Part shown: positions 60,901 to 64,000 of the stretch, piece after piece
Layout: each line of letters begins with the position of its first letter
How positions within the stretch are numbered: the stretch's first letter is position 1
DNA from: an uncultured Candidatus Binatia bacterium
GTDB lineage: Bacteria; Desulfobacterota; Binatia; UBA9968; JAJDTQ01
Reading direction: 5' to 3'
DNA: 64,000 nt
Assembly: GCA_965242525.1 (NCBI GenBank)
Contig: OZ251459.1
Coordinates: 2,272,001 to 2,336,000 of the forward strand
Made by a program: the position numbers and the translations under genes
Notes under the pieces: generated by a model
Databases searched by the model: none
What the model was told of the DNA's origin: nothing
The model's input: the letters and a program-made list of their open reading frames with translations, nothing else

Positions 60901-63036
60901 ATGAACCAGTCGATACCATGACAGGTTGGAAGGCAGGTTCCACTCTTCCGGGATCATTGTCGGGTCGCTGACAAGGGTTGCAAAAATTTCTGACGCCTGA
61001 CGAACATCGACAACCATTACTGTTCTTATCAGATCGCATAACAGACGTGCGTTGTCAGAAAGAAGCAGGTTCGAGATTCGAGTGAGCAGATCTGAACCAA
61101 TTTCGGAATGGACGGGACTCAGCAGTACTGCTTGTCGCCATGAACCGTGCACCTCATCATGACTGAACTCCTTGAGCAGCGACTCCCATCGTGAGTTGTC
61201 TTCCTCACGCTCAAGAGCCATACGAGCGGCAAGCTCGAAGCCGCGCAAAATAGATGCTGGCGCCGGAAGTCCTGAGGGAAGCTCTTTCAACAACCTTGGT
61301 TCTGTAAAAAGAACGTTTGCAATAGCCCAATCACGGTATACGTCGTGGCGAAACGCCACTTGATCGCAGCCAAGGTCACGAAGCGTCTGGCTTCTGATGA
61401 GAGTATCGACCGCCGTCGCTGGAAGATGACTGACATCCATGGGTTCGTAGCGAACTAATGCCTTCCTGGCCAATTTTCTTAGTAGTCTAGCGCGATCCCT
61501 ATAGGTGCTGTCATCTTTCCTGCCATCCGCGGTATCCCACCAATCGCGAGCCATCTCCGCTTCCGTGCGCAGGCTTTCGGCTACTCCCGGTCGTTCAATC
61601 AGTCGAGCCAAGCGGAAAAGGTTTCTTGCGACAGGACGCGCCGGATGGTTCTCTGTCAGGAGCGGGGCGATTTCGGGGAGAGCTTTCCCCAACTCCTCGA
61701 TCTCCCCACAACTCAATTCTTCTATCACTACCGAGTCAACAGACCCGAGATCTTCCAAGCTTTGCGCGGGAAGCCAGTTCGGTTCTTCTTTCCCGAATTC
61801 CCTTCGAGCCGTGGCTATGACTTTGAATCCCGGCACTTTGGCGGCATCTCGGACGAGATCGACCACCGTCCGACGCTCATCTTCGGTGAAGAAGTCCACA
61901 CCGTCAAGGAAAAGTACCCCACCACCGCTACCAGCCAAATCCACAAGAAGCTCGCGGGCAGTCCCATCGAATCCGAGAATGGCCCTCATCGCCGTCCATC
62001 CTCCGCTGATGATGCGACGTGGGCTCAACACAATGACGTCGGATTCGGCAGACAGTCGTTCTGCAAAATGCTTCAACAAACCCGACTTACCGACACCGGC
62101 ATCACCACGGATTTCAACGTAACCTCCTTTGTCCAAAGCTGACCGGAGAGCATTCATCTGCTCTTCTCGTTTCAACTTGACGCCACCTACATCAACCAAG
62201 ATGTCAGCGAGCGCATTGCGGGAAGCTTCGGCAAGCGCCTTGCGAGCAGCCGCATACTCCAGGTTGCCAGCCAAGCGAAAGGAACGCCGTGTGACGTCTT
62301 CGACTAGGCGTTCACGAGTACGATCCCCTCCACTTGAAGCGACCTCTATCGCCAGTTCGGTCAAGTTATCTCGAAGCGCCCCTGCGCGCTGCGGATCCTT
62401 GAGGGCGCGAGCGGTGCGTTCCCTCTCCCATGCCTCCCATGCAGAACCTTGGGCTGTATAATCGAAAGTCAGGATCTGAAGTCTCGTCAGCAACCGCCAG
62501 ACATACTCGTCATCATCCTTCGCTTCAGCTTTCTTCAGGTTTGCTCTGAACGTATCGATGAAATGGCGCATGTCATCGTTGGCGGAACCTGGTCTCCTGA
62601 CCTTGGCCATGAACAATTCTGCAGAACTCGAATCTCGCGCCCAAGTCAATATGTCCTGGTAAGCGCCGTCGACCTTGTAGGAGTGCCGGGAAGTCGCGAT
62701 AGCCAACTCGTAGCGCTCATCAAAGAAACCTGCGCGTCCAGACGCCTCGGCAATTTGGGCTACGACTTTGTAAAACTCCCGATCCGACGGTGTGAACCTG
62801 ATCCCACGCTTGACCTGAATTTCGAGGGTGGCGCGTTTGCCGTGGAAGTCGTGGGCGTGAACGACGATATCGTCGAGTGCCCGGCCGTCCGCCGCTCCTT
62901 GAAACTGGACACGCTCGATCGTGGTGTCAGGCAATCCGCGAGGTTGAGCGCCGACCAACAACGACAACAGATAATGGGCGCCGACTTGCGCCTCGAAAAG
63001 AGAGCCTGCCGGCCCGCTGGATGAAGGGCTGTTCAT
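57910..63036 (-). CDS. Large nuclease-STAND NTPase protein (Avs/NLR-like anti-phage candidate)
   Basis: N-terminal DDIVV...EIQVK PD-(D/E)xK-type motif, Walker A GDAGVGKS, Walker B LFLDGVD, >1000-aa helical C-terminus; visibly lower GC than host genes. Confidence 0.78.
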   Translation of the reverse strand: MNSPSSSGPAGSLFEAQVGAHYLLSLLVGAQPRGLPDTTIERVQFQGAADGRALDDIVVHAHDFHGKRATLEIQVKRGIRFTPSDREFYKVVAQIAEASGRAGFFDERYELAIATSRHSYKVDGAYQDILTWARDSSSAELFMAKVRRPGSANDDMRHFIDTFRANLKKAEAKDDDEYVWRLLTRLQILTFDYTAQGSAWEAWERERTARALKDPQRAGALRDNLTELAIEVASSGGDRTRERLVEDVTRRSFRLAGNLEYAAARKALAEASRNALADILVDVGGVKLKREEQMNALRSALDKGGYVEIRGDAGVGKSGLLKHFAERLSAESDVIVLSPRRIISGGWTAMRAILGFDGTARELLVDLAGSGGGVLFLDGVDFFTEDERRTVVDLVRDAAKVPGFKVIATARREFGKEEPNWLPAQSLEDLGSVDSVVIEELSCGEIEELGKALPEIAPLLTENHPARPVARNLFRLARLIERPGVAESLRTEAEMARDWWDTADGRKDDSTYRDRARLLRKLARKALVRYEPMDVSHLPATAVDTLIRSQTLRDLGCDQVAFRHDVYRDWAIANVLFTEPRLLKELPSGLPAPASILRGFELAARMALEREEDNSRWESLLKEFSHDEVHGSWRQAVLLSPVHSEIGSDLLTRISNLLLSDNARLLCDLIRTVMVVDVRQASEIFATLVSDPTMIPEEWNLPSNLSWYRLVHWLLSYDEDLPILAIPRVVDLYVGWSRGSLGIDRFTPDILKRVYGWLSEIEAARNQPATSYNIKDLQRMRKLFRFPELFNGELEHEQVNRLESTLRDFFLCFCHRAPYLAARYLRSVPDHRDRHGSVSRIFKFSKPLAQAAPKELAELTMTVLMPDRPLDQRDTVRPWGLVGDEFMDPYPAPSLFLNILVSNPEIGRQLIRRVVDHSILFHFTNRPQDRDQIVVSLDGNTRVFPWLTSYEWSRDWGPGHPCVTAALIALEVWSHQRVESGEPVEKILSELFEATENPAAYLLLAVDILISHWPESRAAAEPFVGCPELLCLDYQRPERDCRSSDYVLISVLEEDLGVSTSILNSLKERPSRRASLVDLLRQYALVGPQESRDKITRLLGEAAEQLSPYEEQSDFSDPAFMVSHALNRLDSENWQKDSDPNLGDVYRYVSPPKEARHLKALREKFQDKVIEATLQVKILEALDDPSRSSIELAKAAAEWAQRAEMDFQDRDDGKWWPRQTIVAAALVVVRDGDPNLILRYGEWARSVFKKTLRDEAHFYLGVRPRIGSIPVAMVFAGFAYLLRRPMVLDEVKALLDLIVSFDDCVASAFNATSSHLAAIDERLLRAGLRLAFATCIRPAQRGVQTEEKRASQEEERLRQLRSTLDAELAWLGGEDIEPPWPRFPAPDSTPTNIPLEPLEALSRAIEYVDHYSAARWLKTVSGLFDVSSRPWLCGVVRHYSEWTALANASGWVPGSPLSHLMAWNEAYFGLLARCISDMDRDKIDKLVLTPIISLLDYPFYEVVTCVLRNVDAIYIDNGALEATQAVRLRTVFADRLTKCMGWRLLRQERSETIGGYALAGAIAAFFLHRYDPLAGSTHCSVSSANIDRLEPLGPILEQLTLGAPCLFVARLMLDLIELCPKAAYLHFILAATDSWLANQRDNALFWIDYNIGRRVCALIEAICERRPTIVAEDQLATARIHKILSELVAIGVPEAHRLERKLAADVDG

Positions 63037-63230
63037 CGTCCTAAACCAACCAAGTATACTGCCAAACCGATCCTTGAGATCCTATCTTCGAATCGAGAGA
63101 ATCCCGAGCCGAGTCACAGGTGTGTTCCCAAGGCTTGGCACCCGTCGATGGAAGAACCATAACCCCTTGTCGAAGCAGCGTCAAAGCGTGGCGATCTCCA
63201 GGCACCCGGTTGCCGCCGCGAACCGCCGTC

Positions 63231-64000
63231 CTATGCTCCGACCGCCCGCCGGCCGCCGCGGCCCCGGCGCACGTTGACCAAGGCGCGCAACCCCAGGTCC
63301 GCGAGGAAGACGCCCAGAGCCGCGGCCGCCACGGCCCACCAGATCCCCGCGGCTGCGCCTGCGGCCGCGGGGTCGGGGGTGAACAGGCGCTCCACGCCCT
63401 CCGACAGGTCTTCGTCGCGCAGCACTTCTCCGCCGGTCTGCCGGGCGAGCCGTTCCAGCAACTCGGTGTCGGCGTCCATTTCCCGGTACTCCCGGGAGAA
63501 GGGGACGATGAAAGGCACGGTGAGGGCCACGGGGGGCGCGCCGGACGGGCTCGGGGGCTGCTTCACGGTGAGCAGGTTGATGCCCCGGCGGGGGGTGGCG
63601 AAGGTCGTGCGGTAGCGGCCGGGGGCGACCTGGCGGAAGCTCTCCCGTTGCAGGGTCTCGTCGGACCGGGTCAGCAGTCCCTCCAGGTTCAGGTGGTTCA
63701 CCGGCCGCCCCGCGGGCGTGAACAGGTCCACCACCGCGCTCATGACGTCGCCCTCCCTCACGAAGTCGGTGCGGAGGCGGTGGTCGGAGACGTTCCGCAC
63801 CGCGAGCCGGGCCATCTGGGCGGCCCACCGGGGGAACGCCTCCCAACGCACCCAATGGCGCCCCCACCTGCCGGACACGTCCGAGGTGAACGCATGGACC
63901 CGCCCCAGGCCGTAACGCCAGGAGACCAGCAGCGGGTCCTCCCCCGCCAGCAGGTGGAGCTCCGCGCCGGGCTTGGCGTGGGTCAGGACGTAGCCCAGGA
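63231..64000 (-). CDS. 3' part of a membrane-anchored protein (VWA / glutamine amidotransferase-like type; partial)
   Basis: DPLLVSWRYGLGRVHAFTSD..W, LERLARQTGG, C-terminal TM helix; host-like GC. Confidence 0.6.
   Translation of the reverse strand, partial: LGYVLTHAKPGAELHLLAGEDPLLVSWRYGLGRVHAFTSDVSGRWGRHWVRWEAFPRWAAQMARLAVRNVSDHRLRTDFVREGDVMSAVVDLFTPAGRPVNHLNLEGLLTRSDETLQRESFRQVAPGRYRTTFATPRRGINLLTVKQPPSPSGAPPVALTVPFIVPFSREYREMDADTELLERLARQTGGEVLRDEDLSEGVERLFTPDPAAAGAAAGIWWAVAAAALGVFLADLGLRALVNVRRGRGGRRAVGA

Overview
GC-rich bacterial chromosome segment whose gene order and proteins look deltaproteobacterial (Binatia/Myxococcota/Desulfobacterota-like; inference). Most of 1-52 kb is housekeeping on the minus strand: fusA(partial)-rpsG-rpsL-rpoC-rpoB-rplL/J/A/K-nusG-secE-rpmG-tuf, 12 tRNAs, rlmB, lptFG, rpsI-rplM, lon-clpX-clpP-tig, rph, an aldehyde dehydrogenase, a polyprenyl synthase, lipB, a ferredoxin, aceE-aceF-lpdA with a lipoate ligase, ilvE, trmFO, dprA, der and era. 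Four accessory signals stand out. (1) A diverged head-to-tail duplication of a ~710-aa GT-C-like membrane protein gene lies between tRNA-Val and tRNA-Asp, and one copy is frameshifted by a C18 tract. (2) An N6-adenine methyltransferase-TRD fusion appears to lack its nuclease domain. (3) REP-like palindromes are dispersed, and three of them sit inside ~140-bp TIR-bounded MITE-like elements. (4) A lower-GC defence island (~52.4-63.1 kb) carries an AAA-DUF4143-type ATPase, three toxin-antitoxin modules (one with a truncated toxin), a surface lipoprotein flanked by two long-range structured intergenic regions, ISL3 remnants, and a 1708-aa nuclease-STAND (Avs-like) gene immediately upstream of a RelE/HTH pair. 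A single-base frameshift in essential rpsG suggests homopolymer assembly errors, so indel-based claims need read-level checks. No database searches were run; family calls come from motif recognition.
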